IMG/VR virus record: IMGVR_UViG_2563366989_000001
Reading direction: 5' to 3' (one strand)
Length of the DNA stretch: 37,433 nt
From: a virus
Taxonomy: Duplodnaviria; Heunggongvirae; Uroviricota; Caudoviricetes
Below, one piece after another: positions 9,915 through 20,504 of the stretch. The notes beneath the pieces are model-generated. The model made no database searches, had not been told where the DNA came from, and saw only the letters and a program-made list of their open reading frames with translations. How positions within the stretch are numbered: position 1 is the stretch's first letter; each line of letters begins with the position of its first letter. Made by a program: the position numbers and the translations under genes.

Positions 9915-11332
9915 TACTCAATCCTTATCTGGCAGCCAGACAGAGTGACAGGTGACTTCGTTATAACGCGCAATTTGAAGCCGACATTTTTCCTGATGCG
10001 CCCTACTCGCTTCCACAAAACACGTTTGTCATAAACGAACGGTTCATTCTGCTCAATCATCTGCTCACGACCGTAATTTATGCCGTCAGTGGTTGCAGAG
10101 ATGAACAGGCTGTCGGCGTACTGCGCAACGCCAGTTGACGATTCAACCTCAAGGTCGAACACTCTGGCGTTATCCGCTTTGAACAACGGAGTAAACAGCA
10201 GATGTTCCTGTTGCTTGTCGTACTGGCTGCTGATATCGAATTGCAATTTCCCGGTCACCGATTCCAGCTTATCGCCGCACGTTATCTGATTGCCTTCGTA
10301 AATGAAGTCGATAGCGCGGTACACATCGTCATACAGGCCTGTTTTCAGCACACACCATTGCGGACCATTGGCGCTTGAAGATGCGTCGTAAACAAGAACA
10401 TGACGCGGAAGATGGATAATCAGCAACTCATGCGCATCAAATCGCAGAGACTCCATCACACCATCAGCCAGTTCATCAGCAGTGTAGGAGCGGAGAATTT
10501 TCTCAATGCTCGCGCTGGCGATTGGTGATACCTGACCGGAGCCGATGATGTATACAGACGGAGCACCTGTTGCCGGATTGCTGATGAACGCATAGGAATC
10601 AGCAAACGGCGTTTTGCAGTAAGTTCCGGCAATGCCTTTCTGCACCATCAGCGATGGCTGTGCGACATACAACGCGGCACCAACTGTGGTTGCACCAGTG
10701 AGGGAAAAATATTCAATCGTCGATGAACCAAAGCAGACGATGAAGTCTCGCCATGTGCCGATGCCGATGATTCCGTCAGGCTGAGACTCGGCACGATATT
10801 GTGCACTGTAACGGTCAGGATGCGATTCGTCTTCAAGGTCAGTGATAAACCATGAATCCGTGCCGTCTTTTGACCACGCATAACGCCCACGTAAGCGTGT
10901 AATGTCGCGGACTGAACCTAACTCATACTGCGTGAATCCGCTGTCTGTAGGCCAGTTTGAGACGGTTTTAACCGTGCCATCATAGCGATACTCGATAAGT
11001 TGACCATTAACGCCTACCGCCTGTGATGTCCGGCCATGCGCCATTGATACGCGACCACTTCCGGCAACATCACCGACTGCATTTTCTCCTTTGTACAGCT
11101 TGCCACCACACACGCGATAAACAGCACTCTGCGCCATGTTGTACTCGACGCCGCGCGATACGCCGTTCACATTAGAGCGTTTGGCAATGCCCGGGAATGA
11201 GCGAAGATATCCGCTGCTGTTCAGGATTTCTTTGGGTGTAGCCAACATATTCACTGGCAGATAGTCGATATAGTCGGCGTTTCGGAAGTCTTTACCGACA
11301 CCTTTCATAAGCGGAAGTTGCTGAATCGGCAT
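9914..11332 (-). CDS. Tail hub protein (P22 gp10-like)
   Basis: 472 aa (same as P22 gp10 as recalled); position between the gp4-like and tail needle genes. Confidence 0.65.
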   Translation of the reverse strand: MPIQQLPLMKGVGKDFRNADYIDYLPVNMLATPKEILNSSGYLRSFPGIAKRSNVNGVSRGVEYNMAQSAVYRVCGGKLYKGENAVGDVAGSGRVSMAHGRTSQAVGVNGQLIEYRYDGTVKTVSNWPTDSGFTQYELGSVRDITRLRGRYAWSKDGTDSWFITDLEDESHPDRYSAQYRAESQPDGIIGIGTWRDFIVCFGSSTIEYFSLTGATTVGAALYVAQPSLMVQKGIAGTYCKTPFADSYAFISNPATGAPSVYIIGSGQVSPIASASIEKILRSYTADELADGVMESLRFDAHELLIIHLPRHVLVYDASSSANGPQWCVLKTGLYDDVYRAIDFIYEGNQITCGDKLESVTGKLQFDISSQYDKQQEHLLFTPLFKADNARVFDLEVESSTGVAQYADSLFISATTDGINYGREQMIEQNEPFVYDKRVLWKRVGRIRKNVGFKLRVITKSPVTLSGCQIRIE

Positions 11333-11341
11333 TTATTCACC

Positions 11342-11803
11342 TCACGTACTCGGATCATCTTTCTCGATGTAAAACCGATTCCACGTAAACGCGCTTTTGT
11401 TACCACTACCGCGAGGCATGTCATTTCGCCGCTCAAGTGGTGGTATTTTGGTTAAAGCAATGCAGATTGTCTGATATGCACTGTCAGCAGCGGTAAGGAG
11501 AGCGTCTGACGGCTGAATGACGTTATCCATGCACACTTGCACAGCGAGTTTCAAAGCGACGCCATCATTTGCCCATGCAGGGATACCTGAATCATCGTCA
11601 GGTAACGGCATGATGCCGTTTTCTGTATCAGCAAACTGATACCCAAGCTCGATACCTTTCGCCTGCCATGCTGCCATCATGTCTTCGAGGTCATTAATGG
11701 CATCTTCAATTGCCTGAGGGTCAGCATCTGTCAACGTGGCATTGGAATACAGCCCGGCTTTTCGTAAAGCCTTTAGAACGAGATCACCCTTCGTTTTCGC
11801 CAT
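11342..11803 (-). CDS. Tail accessory factor (P22 gp4-like)
   Basis: MAKTKGDLVLKALRKAGL N-terminus resembles P22 gp4; start placed at internal ATG 11803. Confidence 0.7.
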   Translation of the reverse strand: MAKTKGDLVLKALRKAGLYSNATLTDADPQAIEDAINDLEDMMAAWQAKGIELGYQFADTENGIMPLPDDDSGIPAWANDGVALKLAVQVCMDNVIQPSDALLTAADSAYQTICIALTKIPPLERRNDMPRGSGNKSAFTWNRFYIEKDDPST

Positions 11804-11972
11804 CTTCTTCCGCCTTAGCAACTTTTTGCTTCGTTGCGGTTTCTTCAGGAGTTTTTACCCAGCCTTTTTTCAGATGAGATTTAACTTCTTCGTCATCAAC
11901 AATGATGTAATCGACAGCAAACTGACCACAGGTGATCATGTTGCCCGGCTTATAGAGCATTGTTCGTGCCAT
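11784..11972 (-). CDS. Small hypothetical protein between coat and gp4-like gene
   Basis: ATG at 11972 with GGGAGA 6-7 nt upstream (MARTMLYKPGN...), directly after the coat-gene hairpin. Confidence 0.4.
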   Translation of the reverse strand: MARTMLYKPGNMITCGQFAVDYIIVDDEEVKSHLKKGWVKTPEETATKQKVAKAEEDGENEG

Positions 11973-11983
11973 TGTCTTCTCCC

Positions 11984-12006
11984 AATAAAAATGGGGCCGA
12001 AGCCCC
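11984..12006 (-). terminator. Hairpin with UUCG tetraloop and U-tract immediately after the coat gene (candidate partial terminator)
   Basis: Minus-strand RNA GGGGC-UUCG-GCCCC followed by AUUUUUAUU, 8 nt after the coat stop. Confidence 0.5.
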
Positions 12007-12013
12007 ACCAAAA

Positions 12014-13267
12014 TTACTGCCCGGCAATAACGATGCCCGTATATTCAGGAACCAGTACAGAGCAACCGTACAGAGTGGTGAAACGAGCAGTGGTTACGCC
12101 TTTGATGTGGTCGAAGGCGTAAGACATGATCAGCGTAGCGCCCTGCTCGGTGGTTGCTGTCATTACCTGTGGACCCTGACCAGTCGGGAACGCCAGTTTG
12201 CCGTACATCAGTTCAACAGAACCATCAGCCCAGAACAGGTTAGCCGGTGCGGCATTTTTGTTGAGAATGGTGATTGCTGCGCTACTTGCCGCATTAGCAT
12301 CAACGTTTGCATATGGACGGCTGGCGACATCCGCGTTGTCAGGCGGCAGAATTTTCGGGGAGATAGTTACTGTCGTTCCGCTAACTGCCAGAACGCGGAA
12401 TACCTGCGGCTGCCCGGTGGTATCTTTGGTGATCTGGTGTACGGAATTCACCCCTGCGATGGTAAACGCATCGCCAACCTGCAAACCTTCAGCAGATACC
12501 GTAATGGTCCCCTGTCGGTTATCCACTGGCATATCGTTAGCATCTTTCGCTTCAACCTTGTGCGCAGGTGCTGATGCCAGCGTAATGGAAGTTGCTGTAC
12601 CCTTCGGAACACGACCAGAAATATCGGTCTTGTAGCTATCGAAGGACGCAACCGTAGGGATCTGCGCTTTTTCGTATGCTGTCAGGGTTGCGCCCTGAGC
12701 ATAGGCACGGTGACCAAGCTCGCCAGCAAGGTCTTTGTAGTTGAAGGGGTTCCAGAAAGAGCGACGATTGATACCCTGCGGCACACCAATCGCCGTCATG
12801 GTGGCATCAATACCTGCCGCACAGTTCCACAAATCACGGCCCTGTGAACCAGTGGTTGAGTCAGCCATTGTGATCACGTTAGTAGCACGCTGCGTGACCA
12901 TGGAAATCAGGTCAGAGTCAATCTGTGCAGCAAGGCGCATACCTGCGGCGCGACCAGCTTCAGTTTTATGTTCCGGGTCACGCATTTCACGCGCATCCAG
13001 AGTGTACAGAATGTTTTTCGGCTCCTTGAACACAGAAGGAACAAGGCGCTGAACCAGTGCTGTTGGCGTTTTGCTGCTGAGGTCGAGGCCTTCCTCAATG
13101 TTCATGTGGTAATGCTGCGGACGATACAGAACATCACCTGCTCGCTGCATTGCTGTATCACCGGGACGGAATTTTTTAGCGTTACGGGAAACTACGCAGG
13201 CGGCCTCAAAGCCTTCAACGTAGTTTTCGAACATGATTTCAAGGTCTTTTGCTAATTGGTTAGCCAT
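12014..13267 (-). CDS. Major capsid (coat) protein, P22 gp5 family
   Basis: 417 aa; C-terminal segment ANVDANAASSAAITILNK...LFWADGSVEL aligns with P22 coat as recalled; follows the scaffold gene. Confidence 0.9.
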   Translation of the reverse strand: MANQLAKDLEIMFENYVEGFEAACVVSRNAKKFRPGDTAMQRAGDVLYRPQHYHMNIEEGLDLSSKTPTALVQRLVPSVFKEPKNILYTLDAREMRDPEHKTEAGRAAGMRLAAQIDSDLISMVTQRATNVITMADSTTGSQGRDLWNCAAGIDATMTAIGVPQGINRRSFWNPFNYKDLAGELGHRAYAQGATLTAYEKAQIPTVASFDSYKTDISGRVPKGTATSITLASAPAHKVEAKDANDMPVDNRQGTITVSAEGLQVGDAFTIAGVNSVHQITKDTTGQPQVFRVLAVSGTTVTISPKILPPDNADVASRPYANVDANAASSAAITILNKNAAPANLFWADGSVELMYGKLAFPTGQGPQVMTATTEQGATLIMSYAFDHIKGVTTARFTTLYGCSVLVPEYTGIVIAGQ

Positions 13268-13285
13268 GCTTAATGCTCCGATAGG

Positions 13286-14179
13286 TTATTTTTTTGCCTT
13301 TTTAGCGGCGAAATACGGCGTCCAGTCACCAGTTTCCAGCGCCTTGGCTTTCAGTTTGTCGAGGTTATTGATTACTGCGCCGTTGCTCCCCTTAACTGTC
13401 GGGGTTGTGGCTGCCGTGGTTTTTGCTTTTGGCATGATTCTGGCCTTCGATTCGATACGTTCCAGCAGACGACCAATTGCTACGGGGTTGGTAGCTTCTG
13501 CCAGTTGCTTGCGCAGTTCAGCGTTGCGACCAAGCGCCAGAACAACGATTTCCGGCTTCTCTGACTCAAACAGGATCGCGTTTTGTGTCTCGATGGGGAT
13601 TTCCTCGAGTACGGCCTGTTCTGCTTCCTGATAGCCAGGAACCTTGAGAGCCTTAACACGTTGCTGATATTTGGATAATCGCTCTTGATAAGCAGCCTGA
13701 AGCTCCTGCTCCTTCTGCTTGCGAGCCATCTCCTGTTGCTGGTACTTTCCGTTATCATCTGCCCACTTAGCCATGCGTTGCTGATAGATTTCTTCATCGA
13801 AACCGATGTCCTCATCATCCAGTTTTGGCATTCGCGGTGGTTGAGTGATTACCGGCTGCTGCTCGACGGGTTTCTGAGACTGACGCATCAGCTCTTTCAG
13901 CTCGCGGTCTTTCTCTTTAATCGTCTTGCGCAGGTGTTTTACCAGTCCATGCTCTGCGCCATCTTCGCTGGTTGGCGAATCCAGCTTTTCGTCACCAAAG
14001 TAGAATTCCTGCTCTGATTCGTCGTCATCAGTTTCAGTAGCTTCCTCTGCATCATTGCCGGAGGACTCACTGCCATCTTCTGTTTCGACTTCTTCAGCCA
14101 GTTCGACATCATCAGGAATCTGCTCTGACGCGTCGGTTTCGATTTCAACTTCTGGTGTGTTTTCTGCCATCTGGTCCAT
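13286..14179 (-). CDS. Scaffolding protein
   Basis: 297 aa, highly acidic N-terminus and charged helical body; position between portal and coat. Confidence 0.7.
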   Translation of the reverse strand: MDQMAENTPEVEIETDASEQIPDDVELAEEVETEDGSESSGNDAEEATETDDDESEQEFYFGDEKLDSPTSEDGAEHGLVKHLRKTIKEKDRELKELMRQSQKPVEQQPVITQPPRMPKLDDEDIGFDEEIYQQRMAKWADDNGKYQQQEMARKQKEQELQAAYQERLSKYQQRVKALKVPGYQEAEQAVLEEIPIETQNAILFESEKPEIVVLALGRNAELRKQLAEATNPVAIGRLLERIESKARIMPKAKTTAATTPTVKGSNGAVINNLDKLKAKALETGDWTPYFAAKKAKK

Positions 14180-14269
14180 TTGTTACCCCTGTTTACTCGA
14201 TGTTCAGCCCATCGGAAGGCAATAGGGTGCCAGGCCTCATAAAGACAGCCATTGCACGTTATGGGTTAA

Positions 14270-16468
14270 TTACTGCTGTGGTTGTTGCTGAGTTGATTTT
14301 TGCAGGATGCTGCTGATGTCCATGCGCTGCGCATGGCCCTGTGCCTGACTTTTCAGGACAAGCTCTGCATCAGCACGGGCATTGTCTCCTTGCTGTTGCT
14401 GGAACTGTCCGAGCAGTTTCAGAGCCTCGCGGATATCAGATTTCTGCTGACTATCGGCAGATGCGAGGATTTTCACAACATTTGCCGCAGCAACCTGAGC
14501 ATCAGTCTGTGCCTGGAATGCTTTAACCTGAATGGCTGCCTGTTCGTTCTGCGCTTTCTGCAATTCAGCCTGACCAGCAAGAAGCTGACCTTGCGCAGCA
14601 ACCATAGCCGGATCTGGCTGACTGGCCTGTTGTTGTTTCGCCTGCTCAACCATCTGCTGTTCTTCTGGTGTTCTCGGCTTGATAACACCAGACAGAAGCA
14701 ACTGATTGCGGTTGTATTCTTTAAGGTCGTCCATCCCTTCACCGTCCATATTGTCGAGAATCATCGACGATACAAGGTCGTGCTTCGGCGTTCCTGGTGG
14801 GATAAGTGCCAGCATGGAAAGTAACGACTTAACCGTTGCATCACGGCGAGTAGCGAACGACTGACCAACATCGACAGTCACTTCATAGTTACCCTGCGAA
14901 AGGTCGTTAAGCGCGATAACCTGCCCTGTCTGACGGTCAACCACTTCACCAGTCATCAGCGCCACGTCATCGCTGCCGTCCTCATTAACGATACGCATCG
15001 GCGTATCGCTGCCATAGACTTCACGAGCCATAGAAAGCCACACAACGCCAGCGCGACGCATGGATTTAGCCATGTTGTCCATGTAGATATAGGACTGCGT
15101 ATCCATCCGGTTAAAGATGCTATCAACGGTATCGGTGGCGACGTTGCTCGGCATGTTCTCAAGCTGCGACGCACCTGTAATTTGCTGAATAGCCGTTCCG
15201 GTGTACTGCAATAGCCCGGCAAGAGCTGGAGGCATTTGTGTCGGAGGCGTATAACTGCTGACCTGAGCCTGCGCAGTAATATCTCCGTTTTTGTTTTTCA
15301 GACTGACCATCGGCAGGAACGCCGGGCGCTTTTTGTTGCGCTCCGCCCAATGAGTGGCGAGAGGACCAGGAATCATGTCAACATCAACTACAGGAATGCC
15401 ATCACCGCCAGCCTGAGTAGCGTTATCTGCAATCATGGAAACCATCAGGTTCTCAAGACGCTGTGCATCCATCGCTTTTGCTGCGTGGCCTTCGATTCGC
15501 TCCTGATTATCAACAAATGAACGACGCCCATATACCGGGATGAGAGGAATATGTTCGCCCGGAATACGCTTAGGTTCTTCCAGCCATTCAGCGCCAGACA
15601 GAAGACCGCAATAAACTCTGCGTTTCTTCACCGTCCGCTCACCAATCAGTTCGAATGCACCATCAGTTAGCTCATCGACAATATCTTTGATTTGATCTTC
15701 ATCATAGATTGCCGTTTCTCCGCTAACAGGGTTGCGCCATGCAGTGAGCTTCACCTTCTCTATGCGAACTTCGTAGTAGCGCCCAACATAGATGGCATCT
15801 GGCGTTGACCAGTCATATTGAGTGCCAGTGTCATCACGAGAAAGGCTTGCCGCGATGGAATCAGGGTATTCAGCCTCGAACGCTTTAGGCGTCATGGAGA
15901 ACATTTCCATAGCCCACATAGCATCAGAACGGTCATATTGCTTGCTGTCCTGATCGAAGAAGACGCATGTCGCTGGGTCGTAAACAGGAAGAAGGCTGAT
16001 GCGTCGCTGCTCGTTACTCGGATCCATTTCATCTTCGTAATCGGCACACATGCGGAAACAACCGAATCCGCCCGTTACAGCATCATCAAATGCGTTATCA
16101 CACGCTTCGCCACCGGATGTTTCCTGATAGTCAGCGCGGAATTTGCCGTTCATCTTTTCGGCTAACGCTTCCGATGCCTTATCGTCCTTCGGCCTGAATT
16201 TAACGCTTATGCGATTCTGTCGATACTCGCCAATGATGCGATCACATTCACGGGCAATCTTATTCAGTTCAAAGCGCGGATAATGCTCAAACCTTCCTTC
16301 ATCAAATGAGTAACCAGCGTTTGTGCTGCCTTCCCACTGTGCGCCGGATACCCGGACGAAACGTTGAGCCTCAATAATCTGCTCACGCATATCCTGCGTT
16401 GCTGACCAGGCATTATCAAAGTTGCACAGCACCTTGCGATGCCAGTCAGTCATCTTTTTTTCTGCCAT
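14270..16468 (-). CDS. Portal protein (P22 gp1 family)
   Basis: 732 aa; Q-rich C-terminal barrel region; immediately downstream of large terminase. Confidence 0.9.
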   Translation of the reverse strand: MAEKKMTDWHRKVLCNFDNAWSATQDMREQIIEAQRFVRVSGAQWEGSTNAGYSFDEGRFEHYPRFELNKIARECDRIIGEYRQNRISVKFRPKDDKASEALAEKMNGKFRADYQETSGGEACDNAFDDAVTGGFGCFRMCADYEDEMDPSNEQRRISLLPVYDPATCVFFDQDSKQYDRSDAMWAMEMFSMTPKAFEAEYPDSIAASLSRDDTGTQYDWSTPDAIYVGRYYEVRIEKVKLTAWRNPVSGETAIYDEDQIKDIVDELTDGAFELIGERTVKKRRVYCGLLSGAEWLEEPKRIPGEHIPLIPVYGRRSFVDNQERIEGHAAKAMDAQRLENLMVSMIADNATQAGGDGIPVVDVDMIPGPLATHWAERNKKRPAFLPMVSLKNKNGDITAQAQVSSYTPPTQMPPALAGLLQYTGTAIQQITGASQLENMPSNVATDTVDSIFNRMDTQSYIYMDNMAKSMRRAGVVWLSMAREVYGSDTPMRIVNEDGSDDVALMTGEVVDRQTGQVIALNDLSQGNYEVTVDVGQSFATRRDATVKSLLSMLALIPPGTPKHDLVSSMILDNMDGEGMDDLKEYNRNQLLLSGVIKPRTPEEQQMVEQAKQQQASQPDPAMVAAQGQLLAGQAELQKAQNEQAAIQVKAFQAQTDAQVAAANVVKILASADSQQKSDIREALKLLGQFQQQQGDNARADAELVLKSQAQGHAQRMDISSILQKSTQQQPQQ

Positions 16469-16469
16469 A

Positions 16470-17885
16470 TCAACCTACACCACAAGGAATTGAGTAACTG
16501 GAATAGTCGGGTTGCGCAGCCGACTCCGGGCAATGCATACACATCATCAGCGCATCAGCCAGGTTAGGAGATGGAATACCGAGCTTCTGCTTCATTTCGA
16601 CCTTAGTCATTAGCTCCAGCTTCCCGTTGTTATTGAATTTGCGCTGAATCTGCGTCAGTTCTGCAAACAGCTTCTCCAGCATCTTCTCGCCTATCGCTTC
16701 TTTGTCGAAGCTCAGCATGTCGTCGGGGTCTGCATACTCACCGTGGACAACCGCCCGATATGTCAGATACAGCCTGTCAGCCAGCGCGTAATAGAATTGC
16801 GCTCGCTTATTGCGGAATACATCACCAATAGTGCGAACGTTGTCGCCCTGTACGACTTCATCAGCCCATGCTCCGGCCTGATACGGCGCATCTTCATCGA
16901 ATGGCGATTCACTGCCCTTGAACATCGTGGCGGTGATTTTCTTGCCGGAGAACGCTTCCGTTGTCTGTCTGCGTAGGCCCGCACCGACGCCATCACCATC
17001 CCACAGGTAATGGTCAGCGCCGTCTTCAATCGCCAGCGAAGTAGCCCAGTCAGCACCCTCGTTGATGTCCATCAGCAGACCTTCGGCAATGCGCTTAACT
17101 ACCGAACCGTGACGCGATGCGTAACCTTTAGCATCTGGCCCTGTATCTGACGGGTCATGCGCAGAGACAACAGCGCCTTTCGCTTTCCATCCGAGTTTCT
17201 TGTGCGCATCGGTTGCGGCTTCAAGCCATTCACGTTTGATGATTGCCATATCACTTGCGCTTACTGGCTCACCAAGCCAGATGTGACGATACAGTGTCGG
17301 ATTTCTGCGTTTACACTCTTCCATCTCCAGACGGAGAACTTCAGGAAAATGCGGGTTGTCGGTGTAGTTCACCGTCAGCAGGCAAATATCATCGGGAGGA
17401 TTTACAACGAATCGCTGATAGGTATCGTCGAGTATGTTCTTCGGGTTAAAGCTCACCCATATTTCGGAAAACGGCTTGCGGATGGTTGGTATCAGGATAT
17501 CCCATGATTCCTTCGTTACCGCTTCCGCTTCTTCCACCCAGCAGATATCAATGCCTTCGAGCGATTTAATCTTCGTCGGGTTGTTTTTGATGCCGTAGAA
17601 CATGAACTCAGCATTCGTTCCGAGATGACGAATCATGGAACGCTGAATTTCAAACTCAGCCGAATACCCTTCACGCTCGATGGTATCTTCAAGCAACCGG
17701 ATTACCGAATCGCTGATACTGTTTTGCAGTTCACGAGCGCAGAGAATACGCACTGGCTGCCGACGCGCCGCTTCAACAAGCAGCCTCGCAATTGCCCATG
17801 ATTTACCGCTACCTCGACCGCCTTTGGCGACTTTGTAGCGATGCGCCTCAATGAACGGTTCAAAGATAGGATTAATCGAGGTCAT
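16470..17885 (-). CDS. Terminase large subunit
   Basis: 471 aa; N-terminal Walker A-like YKVAKGGRGSGKSWAIAR; overlaps the small subunit gene by 4 nt. Confidence 0.9.
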   Translation of the reverse strand: MTSINPIFEPFIEAHRYKVAKGGRGSGKSWAIARLLVEAARRQPVRILCARELQNSISDSVIRLLEDTIEREGYSAEFEIQRSMIRHLGTNAEFMFYGIKNNPTKIKSLEGIDICWVEEAEAVTKESWDILIPTIRKPFSEIWVSFNPKNILDDTYQRFVVNPPDDICLLTVNYTDNPHFPEVLRLEMEECKRRNPTLYRHIWLGEPVSASDMAIIKREWLEAATDAHKKLGWKAKGAVVSAHDPSDTGPDAKGYASRHGSVVKRIAEGLLMDINEGADWATSLAIEDGADHYLWDGDGVGAGLRRQTTEAFSGKKITATMFKGSESPFDEDAPYQAGAWADEVVQGDNVRTIGDVFRNKRAQFYYALADRLYLTYRAVVHGEYADPDDMLSFDKEAIGEKMLEKLFAELTQIQRKFNNNGKLELMTKVEMKQKLGIPSPNLADALMMCMHCPESAAQPDYSSYSIPCGVG

Positions 17886-18307
17886 TTTCCGAACAGAGTG
17901 CTCATCGGTGATGTTTCAATCTGAATTGCGCCGCCGTCTTTGCCGACAAGCTCATTAGTTACCTTGTCTCCATACTTACGGGGATTCATTCTGGCCAGCG
18001 CCCATTTGCGGGTATCAACGCGAAGTCTTGCCTTTGCCACCTCGGCGGCATCAGGGATTACGTCGTCAGCAATTTCGAATATCTCTTCGAAAATAGAGTC
18101 GGCCCGAGTCTCTGTTGCCTTCGCGTACTGGTCACGAAACTCCTGATGTTCAGCCAGCCAGCGAAAAACTGATGTTTTGCTCGGCATTCCTGGGCGTTCG
18201 CAAACTTTGCGCAGACTCTCACCGGAGGAAAGCAATGCGCAAATGTCATTAGCCACCTCCGGCATATAATCAGAGGGGCGACCACCTTTCTTTTTCTCAG
18301 TCGCCAT
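17882..18307 (-). CDS. Terminase small subunit (Sf6 gp1-like); pac site expected within the gene
   Basis: 141 aa; GRPSDYMPEVA...VFRWL...RLRVDTRKWALARMNPRKYGDKV matches Sf6 small terminase as recalled. Confidence 0.85.
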   Translation of the reverse strand: MATEKKKGGRPSDYMPEVANDICALLSSGESLRKVCERPGMPSKTSVFRWLAEHQEFRDQYAKATETRADSIFEEIFEIADDVIPDAAEVAKARLRVDTRKWALARMNPRKYGDKVTNELVGKDGGAIQIETSPMSTLFGK

Positions 18308-18386
18308 ATTGATTATTTCCCTTCTGCTTGCTTATCCCATTCATCGCGGAATTTGGATGGGTTGTCGAAACCTTGAGTTGCCATGT

Positions 18387-18629
18387 TTACGTTCCGGTAG
18401 TGAACAGGTCTAACGCTTCCTTCGATTTACGCACCGCTTCGATAGTGCGGGTCGTGATATCCGAATTAGCGCCGCCTGATTGGAAGTGAATTTTGAATAG
18501 CTCAAGCTTCAGTTCGTCAGTGCCAATGAACTGAAATGCTTCTTCTGCGGCTGCGTTCTGGTTCATGACCAGTTTGTAAATCTCTAACTGGAATTTCTGT
18601 TCTTCAGTCATGGGAATAATCTCTGCCAT
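18387..18629 (-). CDS. Hypothetical protein between lysis cassette and terminase
   Basis: 80-aa ORF, ATG at 18629 with GGAG 6 nt upstream. Confidence 0.5.
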   Translation of the reverse strand: MAEIIPMTEEQKFQLEIYKLVMNQNAAAEEAFQFIGTDELKLELFKIHFQSGGANSDITTRTIEAVRKSKEALDLFTTGT

Positions 18630-18732
18630 TGTTGGCTCCGTTTATCCGTTAAAAGGGATATCAGTTAAGTTATCCCGTGTAGGGTATAAGCCATTATCAA
18701 AGCCACTCTGTAGGGAATGGCTTTTGTAATGG

Positions 18733-18759
18733 CAATAAAAAGCCCCGCGAATGCGAGGC
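18733..18759 (-). terminator. Intrinsic terminator downstream of Rz
   Basis: Minus-strand RNA GCCUCGC-AUUC-GCGGGGC (one U-G pair) followed by UUUUU. Confidence 0.55.
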
Positions 18760-18933
18760 TAAATCCTGGTATTTGTAATGACTGGCTCTTATCTCAACGC
18801 AGCCCCTTACCGCGCGCAAGATGCTCAATATCAAGCATCAGCAATGAGATGTTTAATCTGGATTCACTCCAGAAGTGATCACCATCCTGTCTACAGAGCC
18901 AGATGTGAAGGATGATGAGTAAAATTATCGCTA

Positions 18934-19401
18934 TCATCGAAGGCATTGCGTCCTGATGTATTCCTGAAGCGTTCTCAGTGCTGTTTGGTCGCGGATAATT
19001 CCGCCCCGGATACCGAGAACGTTTCGTCCAGCAACTGGAGAGAGTTCGACGGTGGCATCATTGCCCATGCCGGAGGCGCTGGAGGTTTCGGCTGAGGATG
19101 GCACAGGGCATTTTCCTTTGACGAACACCCGACCACCATTATCAAGCTTGCGCCGAAGAGCATCATTTTCAGCTTTCGCATCAGCTAACTCCTTCGTGTA
19201 TTTAGCATCGAGTGCATCAGCAGAACGCTGGCGCTGCTGCATGTCAGTAATGGTGGCGGTCGCCTGCTTCAGCTCACTGACTTTTTTATCTCGCTGTTCT
19301 TTGTAGGCGATGGCGTTATCACGGTAATGATTGACCGCCCACGACAGGCAGACGATGATGCAGATAACCAGAGCGGAGATAATCGCGGTTACTCTGCTCA
19401 T
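18934..19401 (-). CDS. Rz: Spanin inner-membrane subunit Rz (lambda type)
   Basis: [31 protein letters not shown]... near-identical to lambda Rz as recalled. Confidence 0.9.
   Translation of the reverse strand: MSRVTAIISALVICIIVCLSWAVNHYRDNAIAYKEQRDKKVSELKQATATITDMQQRQRSADALDAKYTKELADAKAENDALRRKLDNGGRVFVKGKCPVPSSAETSSASGMGNDATVELSPVAGRNVLGIRGGIIRDQTALRTLQEYIRTQCLR
18975..19181 (-). CDS. Rz1: Spanin outer-membrane lipoprotein Rz1, embedded in Rz in another frame
   Basis: MRKLKMML...VVGCSSK lipobox and proline-rich [11 protein letters not shown], resembling lambda Rz1. Confidence 0.7.
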   Translation of the reverse strand: MRKLKMMLFGASLIMVVGCSSKENALCHPQPKPPAPPAWAMMPPSNSLQLLDETFSVSGAELSATKQH

Positions 19402-19874
19402 ACCTCAATCTCTCTGACCGTTCCACCTGCTTCTTTGAATTTTGCAATCAGGCTGTCTGCCTTATGCTCGAACTGACCATAACCAGCACCCGGCAGTGAA
19501 GCCCAGATATTGCTGCAACGGTCGATAGCCTGACGGATATCACCGCGATCAATCATCGGCAAAGCGCCACGCTCCTTAATCTGCTGCAGCGCAACAGCGT
19601 CCTGGCTTTTGGGAGAGAAGTCTTTCAGGCCAAGCTGCTTACGGTAGGCATCCCACCAACGGGAAAGAAGCTGGTAACGTCCGGCTGCTGTTGATTTGAG
19701 TTTGGGGTTTAGCGTGACAAGTTTGCGAGGGTGATCGGAGTAATCAGTGAATAGCTCTCCCCCTACAATGACGTCATAACCATGATTTCTGGTTTTCTGC
19801 CGTCCGTTATCAGTTCCCTCTGACCACGCCAGCATATCGAGGAACGCCTTACGTTGATTATTGATTTCCACCAT
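19398..19874 (-). CDS. R: Endolysin R (lambda-type lytic transglycosylase)
   Basis: 158 aa, [39 protein letters not shown]... matches lambda R almost residue for residue as recalled. Confidence 0.95.
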   Translation of the reverse strand: MVEINNQRKAFLDMLAWSEGTDNGRQKTRNHGYDVIVGGELFTDYSDHPRKLVTLNPKLKSTAAGRYQLLSRWWDAYRKQLGLKDFSPKSQDAVALQQIKERGALPMIDRGDIRQAIDRCSNIWASLPGAGYGQFEHKADSLIAKFKEAGGTVREIEV

Positions 19875-20181
19875 CTTCTACTCCGGCTTTTTTAGCAGCG
19901 AAGCGTTTGATAAGCGAACCAATCGAGTCAGTACCGATGTAGCCGATGAACACGCTCGTTATATAAGCGAGATTGCTACTTAGTCCGGCGAAGTCGAGAA
20001 GGTCACGAATGAACCAGGCGATAATGGCGCACATCGTTGCGTCGATTACTGTTTTTGTAAACGCACCGCCATTATATCTGCCGCGAAGGTACGCCATTGC
20101 AAACGCAAGGATTGCCCCGATGCCTTGTTCCTTTGCCGCGAGAATGGCGGCTAACAGGTCATGTTTTTCTGGCATCTTCAT
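19858..20181 (-). CDS. S: Holin S (lambda type) with dual-start motif
   Basis: [41 protein letters not shown]... matches lambda S; Met1-Lys-Met3 dual start conserved. Confidence 0.95.
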   Translation of the reverse strand: MKMPEKHDLLAAILAAKEQGIGAILAFAMAYLRGRYNGGAFTKTVIDATMCAIIAWFIRDLLDFAGLSSNLAYITSVFIGYIGTDSIGSLIKRFAAKKAGVEDGGNQ

Positions 20182-20306
20182 GTCTTACCCCCAATAAGGG
20201 GATTTGCTCTATTTAATTAGGAATAAGATCGATTACTGATAGAACAAATCCAGGCTACTGTGTTTAGTAATCAGATTTGTTCGTGACCGATATGCACGGG
20301 CAAAAC

Positions 20307-20336
20307 GGCATGAGGTTGCGCTAACAACCTCATGCC
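20307..20336 (-). other. Strong hairpin (11-bp stem, 8-nt loop) between the tRNA genes and S; candidate terminator or RNA-processing structure
   Basis: ggcatgaggtt-gcgctaac-aacctcatgcc perfect inverted repeat; on the minus strand followed by GUUUUG. Confidence 0.4.
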
Positions 20337-20423
20337 ACCCGCTTTCACGAAGGTCATGTGTAGAAGGCCGCAGCATAACTATCACTGATGAATTCAGGAT
20401 AGCCAGTGGCTACGGCTCAGTTA

Positions 20424-20499
20424 TGGTGCTGGTTAACGGACTTGAACCGCTACCCATTCGCTTACAAGGCGACTGCTCTACCATTGGAGCTAAACCAGC
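20424..20499 (-). tRNA. tRNA-Thr (anticodon UGU)
   Basis: Hand-folded cloverleaf: perfect 7-bp acceptor stem, D-arm GCTC/GAGC with GG in the loop, anticodon loop CTTGTAA, T-loop TTCAAGT, encoded CCA end. Confidence 0.7.
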
Positions 20500-20504
20500 A
20501 TGTT

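Noticed and set aside
11960-13631. Several plus-strand ORFs (11960-12574, 12198-12635, 12741-13052, 13233-13631) over the coat and scaffold genes
   Set aside because: All are antisense to confidently identified structural genes and are best explained as frame shadows.
14300-14824. 174-aa plus-strand ORF inside the portal gene
   Set aside because: Antisense shadow ORF within a strongly supported portal coding sequence; no SD and low-complexity composition.
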